This document shows, piece after piece, positions 25,201-37,212 of a stretch of 64,000 nucleotides of DNA. The translations under genes were made by a program, and so were the position numbers. Positions within the stretch are counted from its first letter, which is position 1. Each line of letters starts with the position of its first letter. The notes beneath the pieces are model-generated. The model saw only the letters and a list, made by a program, of their open reading frames with translations, searched no databases and was not told where the DNA came from. The stretch comes from Blasia pusilla (Eukaryota): contig CM114271.1 of NCBI GenBank assembly GCA_050084515.1, forward strand, positions 21,824,001 through 21,888,000. Reading direction: 5' to 3'.

Positions 25201-25550
25201 CATCATGTAAATGTGATGTCTGCTATTTGGGGTTAGGGGGACCCAACTTCCAGCTAGGAGGACGGTTGTGTGGTCTCGATGTATATGGGTGAGTATATTT
25301 CATTTATGAATGGATCAACCCGTCTGTTGGGAAGATCCATGTTGTGTGGTGTGTAGATGTGACTAGGGATGTGGATTTTGAAGCGATGTGTATGCGCACG
25401 ACAGTGTTGTGTGGTCTTGATGTATATGCATGAATGTATTTCGTTTATGAATGGATCTACCCGTGTATTGGGAAGATTAGTGTTGTGTGGAGTGTAAATG
25501 TGACTAGTAATATGGATTGTAATTCTTTACCAATGTGAATTGGCACGACA
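22300..25550 (+). mobile_element. Copy B: internally deleted Gypsy derivative (gag, protease, DNMT motif I remnant, PPT-like tract, doubled ~140-bp LTR-end unit)
   Basis: Gag (PFMAWKGLFQHLEGPPMDDY..FFQQLGRSYLGVRTDKLKSLQDFQR..FWYGVLDQELRRRV), protease VLLDPRA*PLMLGK (~24353, decayed DSGA), LYPLGFILDFW, and VRVLDLVG/GINT (25088-25125). Then aggaggacggt|tgtgtgg..gcacgaca occurs twice. Confidence 0.8.
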
Positions 25551-25559
25551 CCACCCTCC

Positions 25560-28500
25560 TCTTCTTCAGAGTCATGAGAGAGACTTGGAAGCCGATGATT
25601 GGTCCTAGGTTGACATGAGCGGTGAAGAGACGAGGTTCTTGTGGAAATTCAGGGACTGCTTTGCACAAAGTATGCAAGGTTGGCTGAAGGGTTCAAGTAT
25701 TTGGATCAAGTTGGATAGTGATACGCCTAACTTCTGAAGACCTTACATATCTTTTGATAGGGAGTGAGCCTTGATTCCATGTAGGAGTTGAGACTTGGTT
25801 GACATTGGACTGGTGGAGAGATCGCTTGGAGAGTATGCATCTGCCACAATTATGATGGCAACGAAGGACATGCATAATGGCTAGTGGATTGATAGGCGGA
25901 TGTCTGGGGATTAACGTCTTATCAATCGGCATACAAAGTCCAATCTCTATGCTATGCCTCATCCTGAGGAGATCTTTGATGACTTGGGGCATGCAAAGAT
26001 CTTCAATTTTTTGGATCTCTGTATTGGCTATCATTAGTTTCCCATCATGGTGGAAGACATGGAGGAGAAAGCATTTTGGGGGATAGATTCTTTCAGAAAG
26101 AATTGTTTGTACCAATGGCAGTTCTTACCATTTGGGTTGAAGAATACCCTTGTGGGTTTTCAACAAGTTATGGATAGGATTTTGGATAGTTTGGATTTAG
26201 CAAGATGTTATATCGATGAAATTATTGTCTTTAGTGCCACAATTGAGGCGCATGAGAGACATCTAGAGGAGGTATTTTGACCATTGTAGTTACATGGATT
26301 AAAGGTAGATCCATGCAAGTGCAAGTTCTTTCATGACCACATCGAGTATCTTGGACAAACCATTTATCCAGGGATAGTACAAATGTAAGTTAAGTTCGAG
26401 CTTTCATGGGATTGGGGAACTACTAACGACGCTACATGATCGAAGGGCTTTAGTGCGATTACGTAGGCATTGACTTTGCTTGACTAGGAGTGTTTTTGGG
26501 GAGATGATCAAGATCAAGCATTTCAAAAGCTGAAGGACATGTTGACATCCTCACCCAATTAAAGGCGACCTATGTGTGGTCGTCGATCTGTTCCAATAAC
26601 GTACGGATTGGAGTATGTTGGGATTAGGAGCGGTGCTCATTCAACGAGAGGATGAAGGCAAGGAGTTTAGAATGGGATATGTAAGTTGCTCAAACAAAAA
26701 TGTGGAGTCGAAGTACAATTCCTATGAAGGGGAGTACTTAGTTGAAGTGTGGACAATGGCCCATTTCAGATGTTATTTGTTTGAGAATCCTTTCAGGCTC
26801 ATCACTAATCATCAACCACTCAAATGGTTGATGGAGTGTGACAAACTCACAAGGATGCTTGCCTAATGGGCACTCTTATTGAAGGAGTATGATTTTCAGG
26901 TTATCCATCGCTCATGATATCTGAATTAGGATGCGGACGGATATCGGTTGAGCTATAACCCCTGTACAAGCCAGAGTGATGCAACATACTAGAGCTATGT
27001 GCCATGGTGAGAGTGATGAGGAGATGATGTTGGGTTGGCACGCATCTTCCTATTTATGTCAGTTGGCTATATTTGACAAGTAGGAGGCATCCACTCCAAG
27101 AGGGAGGTTAGATGGTGAGTTCTTAGATCCGGATGCTAGTGAGGAGTCGACAGGGACTCGAGAGATCCATGATGGTGAGATGATCTTAGAGTACCTATGC
27201 ACTGGTATATATCTAGGCAAGTACAGGGAGTGCTAGAGAGTGGGATCAATTCCTACAACAAGCCAGGAGGTTCAGGTGGGTGGAAAAGCATGTGCTTCCA
27301 GTTTGGAAGGCTAGACGAGTGTAGATGGTGTCATATCCTCCGCAACGAGCACGAGTCGTGAGATATGCTCACGAGGATTTTATCCATTTTGGAGTCAAGC
27401 ATATATATAGCTTGCTTAAAATTCATAATTGGTGGCGTGGTAAGCAAATTGATGTTCATCAGTTTGTAGTGAGATGCATCATATGTGACAGGATGCGAGT
27501 ATCGTTCAATGCTCTGACACCACACTTGCATCCTTTATCGATCATGGGATTAGGATATCACTAGAGTTTGGACTTTGCACGGCCTTTACCATTCCTGAGA
27601 TATATAGTAGTACATGTTGGTCATGGTGGGGCACTTCTCCAAGTGGATCGTGTTGGTAGCTTTGTCAGACATGTCAAGTGAGGGAGCGGTGTCGTGTCGA
27701 GAGCCTTTCTTTGAGTAAGGGCGGACCTTCTAGCTACAACAGATGTAATTAATGCAAATCAAACTCTATAAGAAGTTCTCCTTTTTTGGTACATAATTAT
27801 TATGTAAATCCTCCATTCTCTCACGACAAGAATCACGAATGGTAGTGCCGAGATAATCACTTCTTCATAATATGGAACCCCAAAATTCCTAACTATGAAG
27901 TCCCTGTAAACTACTTTACGTTTGTACACAAGGTAAATAGCACAACTAGTGTTAAACCCCACTCGAGCAAGCCTATTGATGTCCATGGATTGCTATATAA
28001 GGACACACAAAGTACAATCCCATGTCCTTCCTTATGTGACTATAGGAAGAATCACCGGAGTTGGAGATTGCATGACTTGGTTCATGAAAATCTCCCCAAT
28101 GTGATAAACTAGATAGTAAATGAACCAATGCCTATCTACAAAGAGAATTTTGATGTGGTATGGATTAAGGAAAGGAAAATCGGGGACAATTCGTGCTCCA
28201 TCCCTATCTGTACTTGACGGACATCCTCTACTCTCCTCTAGAATGGGGTTTGGCGGAGTTTCTCTCCCAAGAGGGGTAATCCATTCTCATTGGGAAAATA
28301 ATAAGCCAAACCATCCACTATTTCTAGTATGATTAAAATCCCCTAAGATGACAAGTATCGCATCTCCATACACACCACACTCTAGAATCCTTTCGAAGAA
28401 TAGATCATGGTCAAGTTACTCTCCCAAGAAAGATAATCCACTCTCATTGGAAGAGCAAGCAATCCCAAAGCCATCCACTCAAGAGTGACAGGAGAAACTC

Positions 28501-30070
28501 AATATGTGAAGTAGAAGGTGAAGAATCCTTGAAGGTCCCTCCTTTTTATATACTTACAAGGGATCCACAAGAATACAAAATAGGGCTAATCTTATCTTGT
28601 GCTACACGGCTTCCTCTCAAGACTTAACCAAACATATTTTGACACAAGTAGATTGCCTCTTATCTCTTCCAAAATATCCTCTTTTACTCATTTCATATCT
28701 TCCAAACTATCCTAACTACCCTAGCCACCAACCAAGACTACTTTTATTTTTCTTTTCATTAAAGCATCAACCCCACTACTTTACTTTTATAATCCCATAT
28801 TTTATTTATTACCTCTTTTCCTAAAGTTGGGCCCGTACAAATCAGCCACCCTAAAGAGGTTTAAACATATGAACTTCATTTTTCTAGGCTAATTTATTTA
28901 ATACTAATAAAACCTCTCTCTAACACTTAATGATAGATGAGTTTACATATTGGGTGATTTTATTATACGACAAGGGCTTATGCATTTCATGATTGTTTGA
29001 GTGTTTAGTCCTTTCAGTGCACCAATAGAGGCGTTGACAGACGAAGATATTGAGTTTAGGGATGACTTTCAAGCCTTATATGATCACGCGCTTCGAGATT
29101 ATTGTACATCTTCTCGAGATCATGCGGATGCAGGTGGTTTGGCAGAGAGAATTATACATGCAATGAAGAGAGGATTGCACAAGTTTGGTCTACAAAGAGC
29201 ACACTTAGGAGATTGAGACCTATAATTTTCATGATTGGTGATGGATTATCGCTTCCGTCGGCATGCATCATTGGCATCATTTTCACCATATTTCTTGCTC
29301 TATCGGAGAGAGCCAGATTTATCGTCAACTATTTGACAAGATGTGGTTGATGGAATCTCCGAATCCTTGGTCGATAGCCTCCTCCAAGCGTAGTTGCATA
29401 TCTCAGAATATCGCGATGTTAAGCAATAGCCCTCAAATATCATAGGCATTACTCTCCGAAAGAGCTCAATCCGTCGAGGATATGCTCGCACCCATACGTT
29501 TAGATTTTTTAGATCAAGTACCATCCTAGTAATTATGACTACCTAGAGCAAACGGTGCCAACACTATTTGACATGCATATGACTGTATGACGTACTATTC
29601 TATGAGTGCAAGAGATTTTACCTCCAAGAGTATTTTTTTTAGATGGTTATAATGGTACCGATTAGAAAGATCATGTGCGTAATTGTGCGCCATATCATCT
29701 TCCAAATATAGATAGTAGTATTGATCGGAGGATTGCAGTTGTTCCTTCAGGCTTGAGATGTGTGTAGTGTGGATCCGCCATAGGATCAGCCACAATGCTA
29801 GTTTGTGATGGATGTTCTTGAGGATAGCATATGTCGTGTTTGACGTTGCCTCTTGACTTGGTTCCTCATGGATGTTGGTTTTGTCCCAGATGTATATAAG
29901 TGTGATAGATAGATTATAAGATGACTCTTGATGTTATGGGTTGCATGAAGATGACTAATGATGGGGCGACATATCACCCGATCTCCTGATACTAGCACCG
30001 AAAAGATGCATAGTATTTAGATTTGTTTTGTAGGCTATCTGGAATTAGAGGGATCTAACCACCAACTACG
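25560..30070 (+). mobile_element. Copy D: Ty3/Gypsy pol remnant RT-RNaseH-integrase-PHD (pseudogenised, split by a solo LTR)
   Basis: RT: LYQWQFLPFGLKN..FQQVMDRIL..RCYIDEIIVFS (26209 YIDE). RNase H: LGLGAVLIQ..YNSYEGE..ITNHQPLKWL. Integrase: HEDFIHFG..CIICDR, SLDFARPL, GLAERIIHAMKRGL. PHD at 29759-29893. Integrase after RNase H is the Gypsy order. Confidence 0.9.
27690..28972 (-). mobile_element. Solo LTR inserted in the integrase of copy D
   Basis: TGTCGTGT..ATACGACA termini with an imperfect TSD (AGCGG vs AG-GG). Integrase reads ..DMSSEGA | AYAF.. across the insertion. A TATA-like tatataaaaagg is on the minus strand at ~28545. Confidence 0.8.
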
Positions 30071-30194
30071 GGTATGATTGGGATTATCCAATCATTCATG
30101 TGTAGATATGTGAGGATTCATAATTAGATGGATCTTAGACTTGTGGGCATGATTGCCGATGTATATTGCTAGCCATATCTTTTCGCACAATAAT

Positions 30195-30890
30195 TGTCAT
30201 GGTAGATGAGACATAGAGCGAGATAATATCGAGGCCTTAGAGGGGTCTTGTACTTCCTTATTTTAAGAGGTCATATATGACCTACAAGTTTAGGTCACCC
30301 TTCCTTTAGGATCCAGAGGAGTGGCAAGCTTGAAAAGGTTGACCCTCATATCTTTTGTGTGTAGCCACTTGGGCCTATATAGTTGGTCTCATGAGAGGAC
30401 CAAATGTGTAGTTGTTAGGGAGTTAGTATCTTGTATACTCCATCGTTGGTGACCTGCTAGGAAGAGGTTATATGTGTGTACAGATCATCCATGGAGATGC
30501 CCAAGGGGAATATGCCTCTTATGAAGCTCATTCAAAGCTCATCTTCCTTGGATCAAACCCATGTTGGGATCTGTGATATAGCGCAACTTGCATGTATTGA
30601 GTCTGGATTCTCTCTTAAATAGTGGATTAGGATTGATTGGAGATCACACAAATGAAGAGTATATTTCAAACTTTCTCCTATTGTTACCGCAATGTGTATC
30701 ATTGAGTGGATGTTTAGATGAATCATAGTTGATTGCAAGTTTCATTAAGTTTCACATTCCATATCAACTTTGTATTGGGGTTTGCCCAACTGTTCATGTG
30801 TACGTATGTTAGGATTCATAGTTAGATGGATCTTAGACTTGTGTGCATGACCATCGATGTATGTTGATAGTGATATCTATTTGCACGACA
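30195..30890 (+). mobile_element. LTR (probable 3' LTR of copy D)
   Basis: TGTCATG..CACGACA termini and homology to 950-1589. Its last ~120 bp are also present at ~30075-30191. No TSD is seen. Confidence 0.7.
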
Positions 30891-32099
30891 AAGTAGTCAT
30901 AAAAATCTTATATATAAGATACTTATGTGAAAATAGAAAACTATGAGATTTGAAGGTCTTCTCATTGTGGTCAGTTTTATCCTATATATGATTATAATAG
31001 ATTATATATATATATATATATATATATGAATTTAATTTCAAACACTCTCATAGACTTGGACTTGGAAATTATAGAATTTCCATCCTTATATCTGCCCACG
31101 TACTCTCACCTTGGACAGACAGAAAGATGAGTGTCAAGGGAGTTGTGGCAATATGGGTAGAAAAAAAATAGGGGGCAACTAGAAGAGTAGTGGATCAAGG
31201 TGGATGGGACACAACATGGTGATGAATAAAATATGAGTTGGTCGAGGAAAATCTTTTGCAATGTGATAGGAGTTACGCGCTTCTAACAAGCATCCTTATC
31301 TAAATAGTAGTATGACAATTATTCTCACTCTTTGGTTAAGTTTGATAATGGACTCTCAACGTCCCAATTTTTTTGCTCCATATCAATAATTACAATAAGA
31401 GGGACTTTTGTGGGAAGGTGTTTGTCTCACCTCCACAATGAGCACAAAAGAGGAATACAAGGAGTATGATTGATCAGATTAAAGTCCAACAACTATCAAT
31501 AGAGGCCTAGAGTTCTCGAGATATATGTAGGGGGTGATTTTACCCTAAATATTATTACATAGATATTTACAGAACCACTAACCACACCTGTATTTTATAT
31601 ACCTCTATAATCAATAAAAATAATTGTATAATTGAACATATTTGTACATGAAACCCAATTCCATGGGATATGTGATATATGAAAAAGTATATTTATTTTT
31701 ACTTATAACATTCCTAAGAATTCTATCCCATGCAATGACTTTGCAAATTTCAAACAAAGGATGTTAAGAGTGCAATTTGTTCATGTTAGACTAGGGCGAG
31801 GATGTAAAAAAAACTCAACTTTGGAGTCACACCGTGTTTCTAAATTCTGCATTCTTCTAAATTTTCCTTTATTAAAAAAATTGAAACCTTAGAAAGAAAG
31901 GTAGGTTAGGCAATTGAATTGTCTCCAATCCAATCGAACATATCAATGTAGTGCCAAAATGCTTCTACGACTCCGCGTAGTAGAAAAATTCAGATGTTTA
32001 CAACTCTATTTTCAGTGAAATGAAAGTGTGCCTATAAAATCCATATCTACCTCTTTGTTCACAATTAGTTCATACAACGCAAACATATAGTTCATACAA

Positions 32100-35000
32100 C
32101 TCCTATTCATATAAAAGTTTTCCAATCTCATGAATATAAAAACTCGACTCACATCTGTAGAGCATGGAATGCATGAGATAGCCTCTCCTTTGTCTGCTGC
32201 ATACGAATGCTTCTTGGGTATATTGTATGACCCAAGTACTCAACGTGGTCGTAGAAGAACTTGCACTTGCCATGATGTAGCTTGAGCCCATGTAATTCCA
32301 ATGGTTGAAACACCTCCTCCAAATGTCACTCATACTCCTCAACTGTTACACTAAAGACTATGATATCATCAATATAATATCTCGCAAAATCCAGACCTGC
32401 CAAGATCCTATCCATGACCCTCTGAAATTATGCCCTGAAGTTCTTTAATCCAAATGATAAGAACCATCAATGGTATAAATAATCTTTCCCATGGGGATGG
32501 ATGCCCCAAAATATAATTTTCTTCATGTCCTCCAATATGACAGGCAGCTTATGATATATGGCTCGGACATCCAATGAACTCAAGATCTTTGCATGCCCTA
32601 AAACATCAAAGATCTCTTGAGGAATGGGAATGGCATACCTATCTCCATATTAAAGCCCTCCATATCATTGTACCTGTAGGATCGTCGAAAGATCGACTTG
32701 TCGCTAGAAAACTTAATGGGGATCCCTATACCGGGAACTTCACTCAAGAAAAGCCTCAACCTCTAGGGTAGTTCTCCGATTGGAACTATAGTTCCGAATG
32801 TTCCTACCCTTTAGGGTATCCGAATCATACATACTAAATACAAAATAGCTCTTATGACTCAAACTGAACTAATTTATCCAGTGATGATCTCCTCTTCTGA
32901 ACTTAGGGTCCATATATGGCTCCCAAGTCTTCATCGTGACTAATACAGGACTCTCTAGCACGGGTATCTATGATTTCTGTAGTGCAATCTCATCTCGAAC
33001 AACACAACTTAATTGCTCCGCTACAGGAAACTTCGCACTCTCCTCTCCTCTATGTGCGATACCATGTATCATGCTCGATGTTATGGTTGCCATCTCCCAG
33101 CATACTTATAAGACATCCCAAGAAGTCCAAGAGTGTCTCTCACGATCATCCTTGATATATCAATCTCCTCGGATCTTACCCTTGGCTACTATCAAAACCG
33201 TCTAGGTGGGCATGGAGCTCAAAGGTGCAATTGCAATAATCTTTTGTAACCTCATCCGACGCTACTTAGATACTGCTAAGCTGAGAATCCATGTCAAGGA
33301 GTTTCGTTTGATTGCCTAGACCAAGACTTGACGTTGAGATACCTCCAATATTTCTAGTATTGCCGTCATTCCTAGGAGAACCCCATCACTCGCTGTGACT
33401 TATTGGCATTGAGCTCCACCAATCGTTATACATGGTCAATATATGCATAAGAAGCAGAAAAACAAACAAATGTAGGAAAGGTTGTCCATGGCATGGCAAT
33501 TCTGTTGACCACTGTTAATAGAGAGCGATCATCGTGCCTCACTGCCTATGATTGTCGTCTTGGATCCAAAATAGAATCCACTAAAAGATGGGAGGGATGC
33601 TCAACTCGCACATATGCCTTCCTTAAGATCTCATGCAGAACCAAGTTGGTCCACCATAGATACGGGCGATGTGCTCATGGCCCTACACTCATTGCATCCA
33701 AGAAAATTGCATGGTCGATTCATACACGCACCTCATGTGCACTCGTCACCACTTGTGACCACGCATCACCCAAGATCGATAATTAATATTCCTCCAAATT
33801 TCACAAAATCCTCATCATCTTTTAAAATAGCCTCAATCGTGTATTAACTAATCCACTACCTTCTTCAATATTTGATTGGCCGCAACTTGGCCAACTTGGA
33901 TCTATATCTGCTCCAAGTCGTACGCCTCAACAAAGAAATATCCCTCATTAAGGAACTCTCGTACCCTTGTATGGCCGGCACATACAACAAGTCTGGAAAA
34001 TATTGGCATTATTACACCACATGTCGTAGTGAGATGCGCCTCGCAACCTCATCAAGATCCACATATAAGTAATGTTGCACACGCACTGTTGCGTGTAAAA
34101 CAACAACTAACCCAATGATGATCCCTCCAAACACATCCAACACTTGAATACTCTCCTCTGGGATGCATCCCACAATGCGTGTGGTATCCCAGGGTGACAT
34201 CATAGCACTCTCGCCTACCTCAATTTCGTGTGACCCATCACACTTTGGTGCAAATGCCTCGAGCCATCTACACGTGCCCATCAACCAAGCGTCAAAGCTC
34301 CTCACTTGAGCTCCACAAATGGATGACCCTTGGAATGTGAGGCAGAGACACCATTCCCGCGCTCACATAATGTAGCGGCTAGCTGGAAAACCTCTGTGGG
34401 CATACCTCCCAACATCGTAACATTGGAACTAAAAATTATGGGGTGTTGTACATAGCAATGTCCGCCTCCAACAACGTACTTGATACGGGCTTCTCTTAAG
34501 TACCAGCAATAGAAGTCTTCGCCCATAGTGCCTGCATACGAATAGTATCCACTCTTCGAGAACTTTAATCAAGACTCATCGATGGGATCCTCATCACCTT
34601 GGAAAAAGTAAAAGATTAAGGAAGCTTGGTTTGATTCCTGGCTTTTCCTCTCTGTGGATCCAACTCTAGGGATGCTCCACGTGTAAAAACAATGGCTGCC
34701 TCCATCTGTGCAACCTCACATATCCAACAAGGATTCTCCAAATCTTTGGTTGCACCATGTAATGTCAATGCCACTAATCTGCAGCAAGTAACCTCAATAC
34801 CATCGCGCCAATTCGCTATTGCAAGTGCTCTATGTGAGAGCCATCCCAACCTCACATCCTAAGTCTCCCTCGACTCGTCTAGGTGACATACCTCTACCTC
34901 CTATACGAGCAAATTCACCACCCCACAAGAAAATCTAGCTCCCACTCACTCTACTAGACCACTTTGTGCATGGCATGTAGGCCCACTCTGTGGCCTCGGT

Positions 35001-35619
35001 CCGGACATAACTCAAGATGTAAGCTAAAGCACCTAATGCTTGTATAACCATACCGATGACAATGATCACTTTGATATACTCTTGGTGCGGAACCATGTAC
35101 TCCTCTAGGAGATAGCACACATCCACTATATTGATGAATGCAATCCTACTAGCGATCGGCTCCACCACATGCCCAACAAGTATCTCTTGACTACAGTTGA
35201 TCCACATATGATGGCATGGGTCTCTTTCGCATATGCTTCAAATAATCCACTGTCTCAAAATCTACGTTGTTCTATTGGTAGTGAAGGCAATCATGATTGC
35301 TCTCCATACATGACTCATGGCTACTACACTCTCCTCAGCCATGTTGCATTCGATACACTCCGCCATCTTGAAGACATCTCCTAATGTAGGTGAGATGCAC
35401 ATAAAAAAATACCGCGTCCCTCACCCGTTTCCACAATTCTTGTTCCATCATCCCATACCATGCCTAAATGGCATGGGCCTCTTTCACCTCCTTAGTCACA
35501 CTAATTAGAGGATGCAAACGAGTAAATGCCTCCCGCAACTCTTCCCTCTACGCACATGGAACTCGTGGATACTCCACAGCTTCCATGTCCATAACCCTGT
35601 GATAATTCCTTTACAACTC
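32100..35619 (-). mobile_element. Copy C: Gypsy remnant gag-DNMT-RT (protease region deleted)
   Basis: Gag WYGMMEQELWKRVRDA (~35410-35460), the PTEVFQLAATLCE block shared with copies A and B, a DNMT domain at 33260-34160, and RT FGLKN..FQRVMDRILAGLDFARYYIDDIIVFS (YIDD at 32365-32376). Confidence 0.85.
33260..34160 (-). pseudogene. DNMT3-like C5 cytosine DNA methyltransferase domain inside the retrotransposon pol region (degenerate)
   Basis: Motifs occur in order: I IQVLDVFGGIIIGL; II HYLYVDLDE; III RDISLL; IV SWPSCGQS (PC>PS); GSGLVNTRLRLF*KMMRIL; VIII AIFLDAMSVGP*AHRPYLWWTNL; IX ELNANKSQRVMGF; X QRQVLV*AIKRNSLTWIL. Motif VI (ENV) is not recognisable. Confidence 0.85.
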
Positions 35620-35975
35620 TGTTGTCAAACTCCGTCTCAATCTCACACCCAAACCTCTGCTTGAGGTGCGATCACGAGTTTCCAACCAGTGTGATGGATT
35701 TTGATGTCCGCTCAACACGAAGCAATTGAGGGTGCGAATGGAGAAATCGAACTACAATAGTGCATCTTCATAGCCTTTGGCTGGCTGCTCTTCGGAACGT
35801 TGTCCCGAGTTCATCGATACACCTCAGGGTGATCTCCCTTCTTCATCTTCCCCTCGCCCTGACTCCAGTTTCACCTCCACACACAGATGCCACTCCTTGA
35901 CAACAACCTTTGGGTGTGCAGCTCCAGGTATAACTATCACACACTTTATGTGGATACAATAGCCCCCGCCTTTTC
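35620..35975 (-). mobile_element. Probable LTR with adjacent PPT of another element inserted into the gag of copy C
   Basis: Minus strand reads aaaaggcgggggct at TGTATCC....GACAACA (35958 to 35620), after which gag of copy C resumes directly. Confidence 0.45.
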
Positions 35976-37212
35976 ATAATGATATGTGTAAAATTTGTGC
36001 ACAACCCTTCCAAAAAAAAATGAAAGGTAGGTAGCAGATTTGATTCACAGGGAAAAATAGTATGGGTCCCCGGATAGCTTCACTTCTTATAGATAGACAC
36101 ATCTTATAAATTTTCACTTTCTACATTTAGGAGCCCCATGTCTCTAGTATAGATTAGTTTATGGTGCACGGTTAGATAGCATTAACAACTTTGGTATGGT
36201 CCTTCCTTACTACTAGATAATCATACCAACCTGATCCATTTGTTAAAGCTAAAACACAAGGGACCAAGGTTTAGACTCAGCACCCCACCCCATGAACCGG
36301 ATCTAATGTCGAGAGAGATGCTCGATTCTACATGTTCCATGAAAAAAAGCCGTTGGAAGCTGGAAACAGGGAGTATGAGATCACAAGAAGACGGTGAGCT
36401 TGGTTTCGGAATACAAGAAGGAGATAGCTAGGATTCGAGCACAGCGTAAGAGTAATAAATGAGCGAATGTGGGAGATTCTCACGCAGGGTCCAGAAGCAT
36501 AGGTAAGAGTAATAATGAGCGAATGGGGGAGATTCTCAAGCAGGGTCCATCAGAATAGGTTCAGGACATGAGAATGTAGCTAGCCTGTGTCTCGCGAGAA
36601 CGTGAAGATTACATAAAAGAAAACGTGAGGAAGCAGCAGATGAAGCAGCGAATAGGCGCGAGAATTCCAAAATGAAGCATAGTTGTTTTCAGTTTCGCCT
36701 CCGCAAGCCTAATTATTTGGGAAGTCTCTTGGTTGAAGAGCTTGCTCAAGAGCTTGGAAACCAAGGTTTCACGCAAATTCGCCATAACCGCCTCATGCTC
36801 TTTTTGCGAATTTTCGCACTCTTTTGTAAGGCAGGTCTGAAACATGAACATGTTAAAAACCTTGGTACTTGGAGAAACTCGCGCTAGCTAGAACACTTTA
36901 GTGGCATACATCTATGCACGTACAAAATTTGAATTGCAACTTGAAAGCTATCCGAATCCGAGACCTCGTATCTACCACCTACATCCCGTCAAAATAACGC
37001 TTCCGTTGTGATGTGGAGACTCATTAAAGTTGTAAGCTCCACTTGTGGCACTGACTACCAAGTGAAAGCATATGTGTAGCCCGAGAAATCCGATCAGGTG
37101 TACAACAACGCATAACTTCGGAGTTGGGCGTTTCTCCGTCGACGTACTGTTCGTATGCGTGCGGCTAGATCTAGCAGCCACTACTGCAATAGCATGCGCT
37201 TGTGCAAGTGGT

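Noticed and set aside
33260-34160. Functional host DRM/DNMT3 gene
   Set aside because: It is intronless, has multiple stops, has lost the catalytic Cys, is embedded between gag and RT, and is echoed in two other TE copies.
36447-36548. About 47-bp direct repeat pair (also a 29-bp pair at ~13952-14026)
   Set aside because: These are ordinary local slippage duplications with no further structure.
36609-36851. 80-aa coiled-coil-looking ORF downstream of CEP44
   Set aside because: No recognisable family or supported splice structure; CEP44 has a good stop at 37213. A small gene cannot be excluded.
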